A stretch of DNA of 64,000 nt from Giardia intestinalis (GCA_000002435.2 CM018792.1), one strand, 5' to 3'; positions 10,657 through 21,260 are shown, counted from the stretch's first letter. Numbers and translations are program-made. Notes: a model not told the origin generated them from the letters alone.

Positions 10657-10977
10657 ATGGGTATTGTATATGAGCATACGATCCGCCTCAACAAGGCAGT
10701 TCGGGGGAAGCCGAGTAAGAAGGCTGCGCCTATCGCCATCCGCGCCATCCGCGCACAGGTTGAGAAGCTTGCAAAGGTAGAGGACGTTCGCCTTGACCCT
10801 TCTGTCAACGTCTTTGTTTGGTCGCGAGGCATTCGCCACGTTCCTCGTAGGATCCGTCTCGAGGTGAGGCTGGAGGGAGACGACGAGCATAAGTTCGCCT
10901 ACGTCATCAACAAGGACGTGGAGAACTTTAAGCACCTCACTACAGAGAAGAAGGGCAGCGAAGACGGCAGCGAGTAA
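10657..10977 (+). CDS. RPL31: 60S ribosomal protein L31e
   Basis: The protein is IVYEHTIRLNKAVRGKPSKKAAPIAIRAIRAQ…FVWSRGIRHVPRRIRLEVRL. ATG at 10657; the track start at 10654 is GTG. AGTAAAC overlaps the stop codon. Confidence 0.9.
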   Translation: MGIVYEHTIRLNKAVRGKPSKKAAPIAIRAIRAQVEKLAKVEDVRLDPSVNVFVWSRGIRHVPRRIRLEVRLEGDDEHKFAYVINKDVENFKHLTTEKKGSEDGSE

Positions 10978-10995
10978 ACTTGTGCACGCTCGCAT

Positions 10996-13900
10996 TTACA
11001 TATGCTTTTTTGCCGTAAGTGGGTCGTCCTCGGCAGGCGCCGTCTCGACTGGTATCAACACAGGCTCGATCATGGGCTCGGTCAGGGGGCCACTTACATC
11101 CGGTGAGACGTGCTCAAAGTCGGGGCAGGTGCCTGGTACGATGGTAGGAGACGCTTGACGCCTCTCTCCGTACATCAAATCGGATATAGAGAGCTTCCCA
11201 GGGGTGCGGGTCACCGTTCTCGGATTTGGATCCATCTTGGGGGCATTCAGAACTGATATTTGGAGCGATTGCCCACAGTTCAACGAGCCAGCGGACTTTG
11301 GAATGACTGCACTGAGAAAGCTGGGATCATTGGGTTCTTGGATCTGCGTTGTGCTCTGTCGAAATAGTTTGGAAACCTGTCTCCTTGCTCGCGGGCTTCC
11401 CCCAGACGCATCTGTATTTAGCTCCAGATCAGTGTAGACGGCATCCACAGCTGCCTTTAGAAGCGGAATAGAGACAACACTCTCCATAGCTTTGTCGCTA
11501 TTGACTGTTGCTAGCTGCCTTTCTATTCGCTTTGTATAGGTCTCTAAGCATGCGATATGCTTCTGCCGAATGTTCTTAAGGGCCACAGCGGCAGCCTCCT
11601 GTGTCTGTGAGTCCGTGCTTCCAATCAAGGTCAGCAATCCATAAATACCGCCGTTCTGTCTGAAGAGAATAGCACACTTCTTGTTCTTAGAAAGCTCTGC
11701 AATACAAACAGCAGCTGCCCTGTTGGTGATAATGTAGGGATTATCTGTGGCCTGCGGATCTTTATCAACAGGTGCATTTACGTCAAGGACACTAGATGCT
11801 TCCTTGAAGTTGACATAAGACCCATACTGGTTGGGGCATTCAATAACTGGCCCGCCGACGACAGTGGTTTCAGCTTGAGAGATGGGGTCGAAAATAGAAG
11901 TGCCGTCTGTTGCTGTTATGAAGCGTACAATGGAAGGTATTGTCCCGAGAGTTGCAATTTCGTTCTTGTTAGGTTCTATCTTGGAGAGAGATGCTAGTGC
12001 CAGAGCACACTTTTCACGCACCAGCTGGAAAGCGTGAAAAGCATAAGGATGGTCTACCTTCGCGTCAGACACAGAGTACTGCCGTGTTAAGTCACAGATA
12101 ACAGGTAACACACCATACTCTGTCAATATCTTCGCATTCTCCTCGTCTCGGCAAAGTTCTGCAACTATTCCTGTCAACCAACCCTTACATTCTAATGTCA
12201 GGTACTTACGATATGTATTGTCTGTAATTGAGTCTGTTGAATTCTCGAGGACTGTTGGGCACTTAAGAAGTAAGCTTAGCTGCTCTAGAGACCCATTGAT
12301 TTGCCGACCAACCACCTGAGCACGACTTTTATCATAGAGCAAAGGCACTAACGCACGAGCTACAGCTGTCACTACAAGAAGATTTGGATGCTTGATAAGG
12401 GACCAGAGCTTTTTCAAGCCATCTTGAGCCGTTATCTGTTTGCACGTTTCTGGGTCTCCCTCGGCGCCAGTTCCTAGCGCAAAGCATGTTGCAGTTATAA
12501 CTTCTGGATCAGCGACATTGATGTGCATAAGTAACGCATTGAAAAGCTGTTTGCTGGCCCTAAATGCAGCGCGACCCTCCTTGGATGATAGAAGAGGGAC
12601 GAGAGCACGGGTTGCGCTGAGAACCAAGAGTCTCTTTTGCTTTGCAAGGGAAACTTGTATTTGGTCCTTTTCATCAGCACTAGCTGTCACAATCAGATTT
12701 GCCGATGGATTTTCGCTGACGCCTAGAACATCTAGGCTCACTTCTATGTGTGCTGCTAGGTTAGTAATGGACTTGTAGCGCACTAAAGCTAGGATGTTTT
12801 CATCGTTGCGTGCATTAAAACTAAGATACCCGTTATGAACACCATAGACCATTGAATCATCATAGCTGCCAAAATATGGTCCACTACGACAGACCAGCAC
12901 AATCGTTTTGCACGCAGATAAAAGGGTATCAACATCTTGGGATAATAAAAGTGAACTGAGCACGGCAAGACCACCAGCTTTTCGTACAGCCGAGTCTACA
13001 CCGGGATCTTGGGCGCAATTCGCTAAAATGGCAACAGAGCGCTGCCTCACACGTGCACTTTGTGTTTTTTGCAGAAGGGAGCACACCTTAGGGATACCGC
13101 CAAAGTGATGTATGTCTTGACGGCCTGCTTTAGATTGAGAAAGGGTCCTGAGAGTAGTGGTTACTGTTTCAAAGAGAAAATCTGGAGGGTTGCCTTCCTT
13201 AACAGCGTCTCCAGTCAATTGTGACATATCGTCAGTGATGGGAAACGTAAGGGGCATCTCCGAAATGATCTGAACCAAGACGCTGATGCCATTTTCCAGT
13301 CTGAAGGCCTCTCTACACTTTGCAGACCCCATTAGTGAATCTAGCACGGATGCTGTTGCATATAGGATAGAGCCTGCCTCAGGAGATGGTTTTGCTTGGT
13401 AGTCTTTCATCGCTTGACGCAGCAATCCAATAATTATAGGGACGGCCCCTATTTTCCGTGCAGTGCGTCGACACTCGGCGTTTAGAAGACAGCCAGCTAT
13501 CATTCGAAGGGCTCTCGCCTTTATTCCAGCAACAAAGGGTATCTGGGACGAAAACTGTGCTCGAACGACAGACAAGCCAATCTTCAAACCGTCATTATCA
13601 ATGATCATCTTCCGTGAGTCATGTGTGAGGTCGGCTAAGGAAGCTAGAATGAAGAGACTTTCATAAGCCAACTTTGGATCGCTCCTGATAAGAGTGTCTT
13701 GGGTCGCCCCGTCCTCCGCTGGCTTAATAGGATACAGAGATACTGTCGAGACAACGCGGAGCAGTGAAGAAATGCCTCCAGCGGTCAGGAAGAGCTGGCG
13801 AGTCTTGAGAACCGTAAAATCAGTCGACTTAAGCGTGGCAACGGCCAAGATTGCTTGCAATCCACTATTATCGTTTATTGCCTGAACCATCCGGACAAAG

Positions 13901-14223
13901 AGATTGCTTGAACTGGGAGCCACAGAGGGGGTTCCATGCCGCCCATCGTCGATTTGTGCCTTTGGACAACCCTCGCAGTCTTGGTCATCCAGGGATACAG
14001 AGTTCATTGAGATATCATCATCGTCTGATATCTCTGGGAATGCCTCTGTAGTAATAATCTCATCACGACCCTTTTGAGATCTGTGCTGCGAATATGCCAG
14101 CGAAGACTTAGACAGGCCCACACCACGGGACGCATTCAGCATACCAATGTTTTGGCTTCTTGCTCGGAAAATTCCGCCCAACGGAGTAGAGCCATAGAAA
14201 TCCGTTGCCTCCTTTGTGGCCAT
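10996..14223 (-). CDS. large armadillo/HEAT-repeat protein (hypothetical, ~1075 aa)
   Basis: Track ORF 10996..14274 begins with GTG. The ATG at 14223 (MATKEATDFYG) is preceded by gttttaaaaATG. Repetitive ARM-like helical segments are visible. The gene is convergent with RPL31, with 18 bp between the two stops. Confidence 0.6.
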   Translation of the reverse strand: MATKEATDFYGSTPLGGIFRARSQNIGMLNASRGVGLSKSSLAYSQHRSQKGRDEIITTEAFPEISDDDDISMNSVSLDDQDCEGCPKAQIDDGRHGTPSVAPSSSNLFVRMVQAINDNSGLQAILAVATLKSTDFTVLKTRQLFLTAGGISSLLRVVSTVSLYPIKPAEDGATQDTLIRSDPKLAYESLFILASLADLTHDSRKMIIDNDGLKIGLSVVRAQFSSQIPFVAGIKARALRMIAGCLLNAECRRTARKIGAVPIIIGLLRQAMKDYQAKPSPEAGSILYATASVLDSLMGSAKCREAFRLENGISVLVQIISEMPLTFPITDDMSQLTGDAVKEGNPPDFLFETVTTTLRTLSQSKAGRQDIHHFGGIPKVCSLLQKTQSARVRQRSVAILANCAQDPGVDSAVRKAGGLAVLSSLLLSQDVDTLLSACKTIVLVCRSGPYFGSYDDSMVYGVHNGYLSFNARNDENILALVRYKSITNLAAHIEVSLDVLGVSENPSANLIVTASADEKDQIQVSLAKQKRLLVLSATRALVPLLSSKEGRAAFRASKQLFNALLMHINVADPEVITATCFALGTGAEGDPETCKQITAQDGLKKLWSLIKHPNLLVVTAVARALVPLLYDKSRAQVVGRQINGSLEQLSLLLKCPTVLENSTDSITDNTYRKYLTLECKGWLTGIVAELCRDEENAKILTEYGVLPVICDLTRQYSVSDAKVDHPYAFHAFQLVREKCALALASLSKIEPNKNEIATLGTIPSIVRFITATDGTSIFDPISQAETTVVGGPVIECPNQYGSYVNFKEASSVLDVNAPVDKDPQATDNPYIITNRAAAVCIAELSKNKKCAILFRQNGGIYGLLTLIGSTDSQTQEAAAVALKNIRQKHIACLETYTKRIERQLATVNSDKAMESVVSIPLLKAAVDAVYTDLELNTDASGGSPRARRQVSKLFRQSTTQIQEPNDPSFLSAVIPKSAGSLNCGQSLQISVLNAPKMDPNPRTVTRTPGKLSISDLMYGERRQASPTIVPGTCPDFEHVSPDVSGPLTEPMIEPVLIPVETAPAEDDPLTAKKHM

Positions 14224-14312
14224 TTTTAAAACTTGGGGCAGAATCTGGGGAGGAATCCCAAAGGGAGGTCTCACAACTCACCGGTTTACTCTGGGTAGTC
14301 TGACAGAAAACC

Positions 14313-14738
14313 TTACGCTAGCCCCATCTTAGAGGCGACGTCCATGGCCTGCACGTCCGGGGCCAGTCTGATAAACGCCTTCTTAAGTCCGAGGGGAGTA
14401 ATGAGGGTGTTCACGCGGGCAACCTTGGTCTCAAAAACGGTCTCGAAGGCCTTCCTGATCTCGGGCTTTGATGCCCTCCTGTCCACGATAAATACTATGG
14501 TGTTGTTCTTCTCGATCTGGGTTGTATTCTCATCTGTCTTAATCGGGTAGCGAAGAAGGTCACACGGATCATCCCAAGACCCCTTCTTGATCGGGTTGCG
14601 GGGATAAAGAGGTGCCTTCTTGTGAACCAGGGTCTTGGGGCGGAAGAAGTGAACATTGGTCCTTATCTTCTTCGCCTCGACCCGCGTGCCGTGCAAGATC
14701 GCCTTTTGGGCCTTCAGTGCCTGCGCCTTCTCGGACAT
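14313..14738 (-). CDS. RPL23A: 60S ribosomal protein L23a (uL23)
   Basis: The protein contains KKIRTNVHFFRPKTL…NNTIVFIVDRRASKPEIRKAFETVFETKVARVNTLITPLGLKKAFIRLAPD. Confidence 0.9.
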   Translation of the reverse strand: MSEKAQALKAQKAILHGTRVEAKKIRTNVHFFRPKTLVHKKAPLYPRNPIKKGSWDDPCDLLRYPIKTDENTTQIEKNNTIVFIVDRRASKPEIRKAFETVFETKVARVNTLITPLGLKKAFIRLAPDVQAMDVASKMGLA

Positions 14739-14796
14739 GTCTCGCCGGCACGAGATATTAGACGGCGAAATTTCAATTTAAAATAGAATCGCCAAG
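14739..14796. promoter_or_regulatory. 58-bp divergent promoter region shared by RPL23A (-) and acylphosphatase (+); AT-rich initiator aatttcaatttaaaatagaat
   Basis: The region lies between two divergent ATGs. A/T-rich initiator-like sequence is typical of starts elsewhere in this window. Confidence 0.4.
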
Positions 14797-15099
14797 ATGC
14801 AGGGAAGCATGCCATCCTCCTCCGAAGACGTCACAACCTTGTGCTACCGTGTCACAGGTAAGGTCCAGGGGGTCTTCTTTAGAAAGTATACCAAGAAGGA
14901 GGCCGACGCGCTCTCCCTTGTGGGATACGTCACGAACAATGAAGACGGAAGTGTCTCTGGCGTAGTGCAAGGCCCTAAAGAGCAGGTAGACGCATTTGTT
15001 AAGTATTTACATAAAGGAAGCCCGAAATCCGTCGTCAAGAAGGTGAGCATACACGCTTCTTCCCGTGTAGATGCAGATGGGTTTGAGATACGGCGCTGA
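14797..15099 (+). CDS. acylphosphatase
   Basis: The motif VTGKVQGVFFRKYTKKEA…GYVTNNEDGSVSGVVQGP is present. The length is 100 aa. Confidence 0.8.
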   Translation: MQGSMPSSSEDVTTLCYRVTGKVQGVFFRKYTKKEADALSLVGYVTNNEDGSVSGVVQGPKEQVDAFVKYLHKGSPKSVVKKVSIHASSRVDADGFEIRR

Positions 15100-15133
15100 T
15101 CTGGTGTGGAGACCTCCTAACACAACATGCGTG

Positions 15134-15808
15134 TCAAAGGATGGTCAGGACAAAGAGGAGAACAGGCTGCATAATCGCCCAAAGAAGCACGAACCAATTC
15201 TGAATCGAGATCTGGCGTCTACTGAGATATAGCTCCGACTGAGTAGCCTTTATACAGCCAATTCCGTAAAGAGCCAGGTGAACCCCGAGGGCAACGCCCA
15301 ACCAGACTAGAGCTATATAGTACAGCACCCGATTGAATATTGAGATAAATGACGCTATCACTGAAACGAATACTTTGTAGCAGGAAAGTGCTATTAGCTC
15401 CAGTTTGGGCACCTTAAGGCTTACACTAGAGGAAATGCCGATTACCACGAGTGCTTCCAAGCCAACAATTATAGCTGCAAGTATAACATTCCGTGTAAAT
15501 AGAGCAGGCCTGAAGCCTCCAGTGGAGAGAATCTCTGTGAATGCCATTATGACACCGTATGCGGCATGTCCCACCAGTGGCATGTAAAGGTCCAACGGTA
15601 GGTTTGTCGATCGCTCATTGAACCGCACGTAGGGAAACATCAAAAGGCCAAGACGCTTAAGGAAGGTGGAGGTCGTTATATTGAAGTATGGTCGCAGGCT
15701 CCGCCCCAACACACCCTGCTGTTCTTGTGCAAACTTAATAGCAGGCGCAGCTTGAGGAAGCGTAGCGCCTCCCAGCTTAGCCAACTGTGCCGGGTTGAAC
15801 AAGTTCAT
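15134..15808 (-). CDS. YIF1/Yip1-family multi-pass membrane protein (tentative)
   Basis: RPYFNITTSTFLKRLGLLMFPYV…LDLYMPLVG resembles the Yif1 core, followed by several hydrophobic helices. ATG at 15808. Confidence 0.5.
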   Translation of the reverse strand: MNLFNPAQLAKLGGATLPQAAPAIKFAQEQQGVLGRSLRPYFNITTSTFLKRLGLLMFPYVRFNERSTNLPLDLYMPLVGHAAYGVIMAFTEILSTGGFRPALFTRNVILAAIIVGLEALVVIGISSSVSLKVPKLELIALSCYKVFVSVIASFISIFNRVLYYIALVWLGVALGVHLALYGIGCIKATQSELYLSRRQISIQNWFVLLWAIMQPVLLFVLTIL

Positions 15809-16007
15809 GATCCTGTTGAGTTTTTAATGAATCATCCTACATCCAAACCTCCACCTATTTGCATACGACGATTACTGGAAGGCTTGCTGGTTTTTAAAAA
15901 CATGGATTGTTCTTAAGGTGCTCTCCCTGCGTCTTTCCCTGACTCTTGCCAGCTCAGCTAGCAAAATTGGACAAGAAAATTAATTAAATTCTGCCCGATC
16001 CCGATCT

Positions 16008-18341
16008 ATGCAGTCAAACTTCTCTGTCTGCGTGCGCGTCCGGCCTCTTATTGAGCGGGAAATTCGAGCGAGAGAGGAGGAAGTCATTCAGATTAGCGAC
16101 GAGTCCAAAGTTATCACCATACTGGAGCCCATGATCAGTTCAACAGTGGACACCGCAGCCTACGCTAGGCATAGTTTTACTTTCAACCAGGTCTTTGGGC
16201 CAAACGTTTCCCAAGCTCAAGTATATAATCAGCAATGCAAGCAGATAATAGATTCTGTTTTCCGTGGCTTCAATGCGACAATCTTGGCTTACGGACAAAC
16301 AGGGACAGGAAAATCCTTTACCATTTCTGGAACGCCTACAGAGCCGGGTATCATACCCAGAGCAATAGAGGATATCTTCGCTAAAATACACGAGGCAAAA
16401 GACACACAGTTTCTTCTGAGAGCTTCATTTCTGCAACTGTACAAGGAGCAGCTCCAAGACTTGCTGGACACTCGCACAAAGAACTTGCGTATTAGGGAGC
16501 AGCAGACCCAAGACGGCGTTCTGATTTATGTAGATAACCTATCGGAGTTTATTGTGCGAAATCCCCAAGAATTGTTTCAGCTTCTAGAGCATGGAGGAAA
16601 AAACCGCAAAATAGGACCCACACACATGAACGTAGAGTCGTCGCGTTCACACTCCGTTTTCTCTCTCACAATAGAGCAACGTAGCACCACGTGTGATGGA
16701 GGAATCATCTTATCTAAGTTAAATATTGTGGACTTGGCTGGAAGCGAGCGCATTTCAATGACTAAGGTTAATGGAGAGAGGCTTGAGGAGACAAAGAAGA
16801 TCAACTCCAGTCTTACGGCTCTGGGGAACGTTATTGCCGCGTTAATAGATCTAGAAAAAGGCAAGAGAAGTCACATTCCATACAGAGACTCCAAGCTCAC
16901 CAAACTTCTCCAGGATTCCTTAGGTGGAAACTGTAAGACAATCTTTATAGCAAATGTCACGCCATCCAGTTCTTCTTATCAGGAAACACTCAACACACTA
17001 AAATTTGCAGACAGAGCACGGAAAATCCAGAACAAGGCACACATCAACGAGAAATTCGATTCTAAAGTCATGATAAAGCGTTACGAGAAAGAGATATTAC
17101 GTTTGCGGCAGGAACTCAAGATGCTACAGAGCTTGGAGGGAAGTCAGTTGGACGGCAATGGTCAGCTGTGCCACCAATCTACGAACATTGTTTCTACAGA
17201 TAAGTACACGGCTGATCGCACGGCCATTTACAGCGAAATAGAGTCCAAGTCAAGAGAGGTGCTTGAGGAGAAGAGCTTGATAAAGAAGCTGCAAGATCGA
17301 ATCATATTATTGGAAAGCTATTTACAGGACAACACAGGTCAGACAAGAGCAGTGTCAGATGATGCCAACGACTGGGTTGCCAAGCTGAATCAGATAGAGC
17401 TAGAGCGAAACGAGCTTCTTAATGAGAAGCGGCACATTGAGCAGTACAGAGAGATGTTGCTGAAACAGAAAGATATCATTATATCTCTGACAGGAAAGCT
17501 CGATGAAAGAGACAAACATCTTAGTGAGCTGAATGAGCAACTAGAGGAGGCCGACGATGAGCAGCAGAACATCGAGGATGAGATAGTGTATCTTCGGCGA
17601 GCAGTACGGTTCTTGGCGGGAAAGCTGAAGCTTGGTGTCATCGTCGATGGCGAGGGCAACCTTTCTGACGAGTTCTGCAGGGAAAATAAGATCAAACCCG
17701 TGAAGTTTATGCGAGAGCAGCACGTCTTCATGGACTTTACCAGCATTGGGCCCGGACCTAATGTGGGTTTAGCATCTGAATTCCTTGCTGAAATGAAGGA
17801 GCACAGCGATACCAGTACAGGATCTACCTGTGATGGACAGACATTAGAACAGGAACGAGTCGCAGGGCTCCAAGAGATTCTATTAGAAAAGCAGTTGGAG
17901 GAAGAGGAACTCCGCAACAAAATTCTGGGGCTGAATGCAGAGATAGCGGCCGCAGAAAAAACGCTTTCAGAAGGCATTGAGCAGATCATGGCCACAGAGC
18001 TTGCCGACGGGTCTGCGTCTCGGGAGTGGGGGAGTAACTTTGCAAGTACTGACTACCTGAAAGAACGAGAGCGCTATGTTCAAATCTTGAAAGAAGCCAG
18101 CCACGAAAGGAGCCTGGTTCTCAAGATCTTTACAACCAAATTAAAGCCCATGCTGGAGTATGTTGGAACACTAATCAAAAGTCCGGATTACAAAAAGAGT
18201 GTCTATAAGCAGATGCTTTCCTTTGAGAATTTTGTCCTAGGAACGTCTGAGGCACTGGTAAATTCTACAGTAGCCCAAAAGACTAATAATCTCACCGCAA
18301 TCCCCAACGCATCCGAAATTGCCCCTGAAATCCAATTGTAG
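16008..18341 (+). CDS. kinesin heavy chain, N-terminal motor, kinesin-2-like neck (tentative subfamily)
   Basis: Motor motifs are present: GQTGTGKSF, SSRSHSVFS, DLAGSER, NSSLTALGNVIAAL and HIPYRDSKLTKLLQDSLGG. The neck RARKIQNKAHINEKFDSKVMIKRYEKEILRLRQEL resembles kinesin-2. A long coiled-coil tail follows. Confidence 0.85.
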   Translation: MQSNFSVCVRVRPLIEREIRAREEEVIQISDESKVITILEPMISSTVDTAAYARHSFTFNQVFGPNVSQAQVYNQQCKQIIDSVFRGFNATILAYGQTGTGKSFTISGTPTEPGIIPRAIEDIFAKIHEAKDTQFLLRASFLQLYKEQLQDLLDTRTKNLRIREQQTQDGVLIYVDNLSEFIVRNPQELFQLLEHGGKNRKIGPTHMNVESSRSHSVFSLTIEQRSTTCDGGIILSKLNIVDLAGSERISMTKVNGERLEETKKINSSLTALGNVIAALIDLEKGKRSHIPYRDSKLTKLLQDSLGGNCKTIFIANVTPSSSSYQETLNTLKFADRARKIQNKAHINEKFDSKVMIKRYEKEILRLRQELKMLQSLEGSQLDGNGQLCHQSTNIVSTDKYTADRTAIYSEIESKSREVLEEKSLIKKLQDRIILLESYLQDNTGQTRAVSDDANDWVAKLNQIELERNELLNEKRHIEQYREMLLKQKDIIISLTGKLDERDKHLSELNEQLEEADDEQQNIEDEIVYLRRAVRFLAGKLKLGVIVDGEGNLSDEFCRENKIKPVKFMREQHVFMDFTSIGPGPNVGLASEFLAEMKEHSDTSTGSTCDGQTLEQERVAGLQEILLEKQLEEEELRNKILGLNAEIAAAEKTLSEGIEQIMATELADGSASREWGSNFASTDYLKERERYVQILKEASHERSLVLKIFTTKLKPMLEYVGTLIKSPDYKKSVYKQMLSFENFVLGTSEALVNSTVAQKTNNLTAIPNASEIAPEIQL

Positions 18342-18429
18342 CTCTGCTTTCTTGTGGGCTGCTTCTAGTATAATTTCAAAAAATTATATTTGCTCCGCTT
18401 CGTAAAAAACTTCAAAATCAGGGCAAGGT

Positions 18430-19146
18430 ATGAATGTTACACCTCCGCGAGCTTTTGAGAAGAAGATGGAGCAGCAAGCGCCCATGAAGCTTGTTCCAAA
18501 AATTAAGCCGGGGACCATAACGGCTCCGAAGCCGCGTCCAGGAAAGCGAACCAGCCCGTTTGAGATTCGCGACATGCCTCCAACAGAGTTTCGTCTCTAC
18601 TATAACCGCGGAGACATCCCCGCGTCCATCCAGCACGGATCATATAATAACCGCCTCCTTTGGAAGACTGAACTTCATAATTTAGATTATCATCACTACC
18701 TTCCGCTCTTCTTCGAGGGCCTCCGTGAGCTTCAGTACCCATACAACATCGTTGCGGAGCAAGGGACGCGAGACCTTTTGATGGCAGGGGGCCAGAGGAT
18801 AGTTCCAGTCATCCCCCAGCTGATCCTCCCCATCAAGCAGGCTCTTGACACGCGCAATGAGTTTATTATCTGCCGCGTTCTCCGATGCCTGCAGCTTCTT
18901 GTAAGTTCGGACGATCTGGTTGGCCCCGCGCTAGTGCCTTACTTCCGCCAGATTCTCCCTGTGTTCAATCTGTTCTACACGAGAAACATAAACATCGGTG
19001 ACTCTATTTACTATGGTCAAAAGGAGAATAACAATATCGGCGACCTTATTATGGAAACTCTGGAACTGTTTGAGAGGAAGGGTGGCTCGGATGCACTCAT
19101 CAACATACGGTACATGGTCCCTCAGTACCAGTCCTGCATCTTGTAA
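18430..19146 (+). CDS. PACRG: PACRG (parkin co-regulated gene protein), axonemal
   Basis: There is near-collinear similarity to PACRG: LDYHHYLPLFFEGLRELQYPYN, VPVIPQLILPIKQALDTRN, ALVPYFRQILPVFNLF, NIGDLIMETLELFERKGG and INIRYMVPQYQSC. TGTAAAC overlaps the stop. Confidence 0.85.
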   Translation: MNVTPPRAFEKKMEQQAPMKLVPKIKPGTITAPKPRPGKRTSPFEIRDMPPTEFRLYYNRGDIPASIQHGSYNNRLLWKTELHNLDYHHYLPLFFEGLRELQYPYNIVAEQGTRDLLMAGGQRIVPVIPQLILPIKQALDTRNEFIICRVLRCLQLLVSSDDLVGPALVPYFRQILPVFNLFYTRNINIGDSIYYGQKENNNIGDLIMETLELFERKGGSDALINIRYMVPQYQSCIL

Positions 19147-19165
19147 ACAATTATTTCCGCCTCTT

Positions 19166-19534
19166 TTATGTGTCCTCTTGTGACCGATAGTTCTCGAGGA
19201 GCTCCAGAGTCAGTGCATGGTCTTCATCAGATTCAAACAGCAGGTCTAGGGGGTGAAGCGTGTCATAGAAGTAAAGGCGTATAATGAGGCCTAATGCCTT
19301 GAAGTTTGCAAGCGCTCCCATGCTCATCACGAAGTCCTTTTGGTACATGGGATCAATGTTTGCTTGGTTAATGAAGTAAAGCATGTTATTGCTATGCGCA
19401 ATGAAGCCTACAAACTGCTTGCAGTCATTGATTTCCATGCTGCTGCTGCACGGCACAAGGGTTACCCTGTTCTTTGTGTGCCACAGACACAGCTCTGGGA
19501 TACGCTCAAGGTCAACGAGGCACGGAATCAGCAT
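19166..19534 (-). CDS. Dim1/TXNL4A-like thioredoxin-fold U5 snRNP protein (tentative)
   Basis: The length is 122 aa. The N-terminus MLIPCLVDLE…RVTLVPCSSSMEINDCKQFVGFIAHSNNMLYFINQANIDPMYQKDF parallels Dim1 (MLPHLHNGW…RVVVIRFGHDWDPTCMKMDEVL…AVIYLVDITEVPDFNKMYEL). It is convergent with PACRG, with a 19-bp gap. Confidence 0.5.
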   Translation of the reverse strand: MLIPCLVDLERIPELCLWHTKNRVTLVPCSSSMEINDCKQFVGFIAHSNNMLYFINQANIDPMYQKDFVMSMGALANFKALGLIIRLYFYDTLHPLDLLFESDEDHALTLELLENYRSQEDT

Positions 19535-19554
19535 CTACGGTCGAAGAACAAGCT

Positions 19555-21183
19555 CTATAGGGGAAAGAGGACAGGGTTTTTATTTTGCATATCCATCCTG
19601 CTACTAGAAACCCCTTGGTAGAACTCAGGCGTTGCTAAAGAGCCCTGTTGGAGCTCGTGCAGACCAGCATCACTCTCTTCAACCAGTACTATTGATTTAC
19701 CTCGGCGCCCGGCTTCCTTCTGGATAGAGCAATCAGGGACGTCAAGAGGTTCATCCACCACACTGGTCACAACAGTGGACAATGCGAAAGTCGAACTGAT
19801 AGGGGCTGGTTCTTGCCGAAGGTCGTGTCTTCTATGTATAGATCCGCTAACGTCTGTGGCCGCATCAGCAGAGTAATTAGAATCGGATCGCGAATAGTGA
19901 GTGATCGGTGATAGAAGGGCCGCTAGCTCTGTACGCTTGATATATTCTGTAGCCACAGGGTTGAGCATCGCTGAATGCGGCGGAGGAGTAAATATGTGCT
20001 CAGAAGACGACGCAGGCTGCCAATCTTCAATGGACGGTTGAGCTATGAGGGAGTAAAATTGGGCAGTAGGAAGCACGCCCTCTGGAAGACCCTTGTAGGA
20101 AAAAAGATTGCAGATAGTATCCTCAACAGCAGATAGCGTGTTCCAGCCAGCAGGCAGAAGAAATGTAGTTATTTTAAAGGAAGTAAGAGAGAAAAGGAAT
20201 GCCATAAACCCGCGTAGGTCATCTAAAAGATCAGCTTCAGAAACAGGGTGCGCAAGCTTTCCTCCAAAACTCAAGAGAATGGAGTATATCACAAGGATGG
20301 TTACTGGTGAATACAAGCGGCATGGCACGTCGGAGAGCCGAGAGGCAAGGTCTTTAAAGTTAGAAAGGGAGTCACTTGTCTTGCTAGCCAACAGGAAAAG
20401 GGCTTCCGATATATTTGCCTGCTGGTCATGTAACGTACTTGTCTGCGTGGCTTGTGTAGCCTGAGATAGACGAGTTGCTGAATCTACAGACTTTGCTGGC
20501 TGATCTCTCTGCAGGGACATTACAGTCGATGGATAGAACGAGGACAGATAATATAGGGGAATAAGTGCTGCGCAGGGCGGTGCAATACTATCCATGCTCT
20601 GTGGAAGTAGGGGGATGCCACTGGTGTTAATGAGAAGATGGAATAGTGGCCAAGTTCTGCCATGGGCGACGGCTGATGGCAATCGATCAACGCGCATGGC
20701 ACCAGAATAAGTTTTTGTGGCTTGGTCGTTCATCAGTTTAAGTAGAAGGTTCTGTATATTGATCGATTGGTTATTGCAGCGCCCCTGGAAGAGGCTAGCA
20801 ATAACCTGCTCAGCGGCATATGCTTCTGTGCAAGATGCCGCATACATAGAGCAGTTTATCGCTGTGAGAAGTATGCAAGAAGTTGACTCCTCTTCTAGAG
20901 CCTGAATGGTGCTTGAATGGAGTTGTGCCTCTTGGGGACTAAGAAAAGACACAAAGCGGATAGTAACGCAGTGATTGCCAATAGTTGTCGTAGCACAGTT
21001 CAAAAACTGATCTTGGTAGATGAATGTATCCGTGAGAGACGAGTCGATGCTGGTGAACAAGGCCGTGCAGAGGTCGCGTGCGAGTCTCCACGCATCGTTA
21101 AAGAGGAAGAAGGTAAGAATGTGCTCGCTTTCCTGGTCCGAGACCCAGCTTGACGTGGCCAGCTGGGGAATACTGTCTGTCAT
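19555..21183 (-). CDS. hypothetical Ser/Leu-rich protein (542 aa)
   Basis: A complete ATG..stop ORF with a coherent composition. No recognised domain was found. Confidence 0.5.
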   Translation of the reverse strand: MTDSIPQLATSSWVSDQESEHILTFFLFNDAWRLARDLCTALFTSIDSSLTDTFIYQDQFLNCATTTIGNHCVTIRFVSFLSPQEAQLHSSTIQALEEESTSCILLTAINCSMYAASCTEAYAAEQVIASLFQGRCNNQSINIQNLLLKLMNDQATKTYSGAMRVDRLPSAVAHGRTWPLFHLLINTSGIPLLPQSMDSIAPPCAALIPLYYLSSFYPSTVMSLQRDQPAKSVDSATRLSQATQATQTSTLHDQQANISEALFLLASKTSDSLSNFKDLASRLSDVPCRLYSPVTILVIYSILLSFGGKLAHPVSEADLLDDLRGFMAFLFSLTSFKITTFLLPAGWNTLSAVEDTICNLFSYKGLPEGVLPTAQFYSLIAQPSIEDWQPASSSEHIFTPPPHSAMLNPVATEYIKRTELAALLSPITHYSRSDSNYSADAATDVSGSIHRRHDLRQEPAPISSTFALSTVVTSVVDEPLDVPDCSIQKEAGRRGKSIVLVEESDAGLHELQQGSLATPEFYQGVSSSRMDMQNKNPVLFPL

Positions 21184-21260
21184 GTGCTGTACGAGTTTGC
21201 CTTTGCATTAAAGAAATGATTTTGAATTGACTTTAGAAGGACAAATTTGAGGTGGGCTGA

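Noticed and set aside
17390-17995. 201-aa Ser/Cys-rich minus-strand ORF inside the kinesin gene.
   Set aside because: It is antisense to the kinesin coiled-coil region and has a low-complexity composition.
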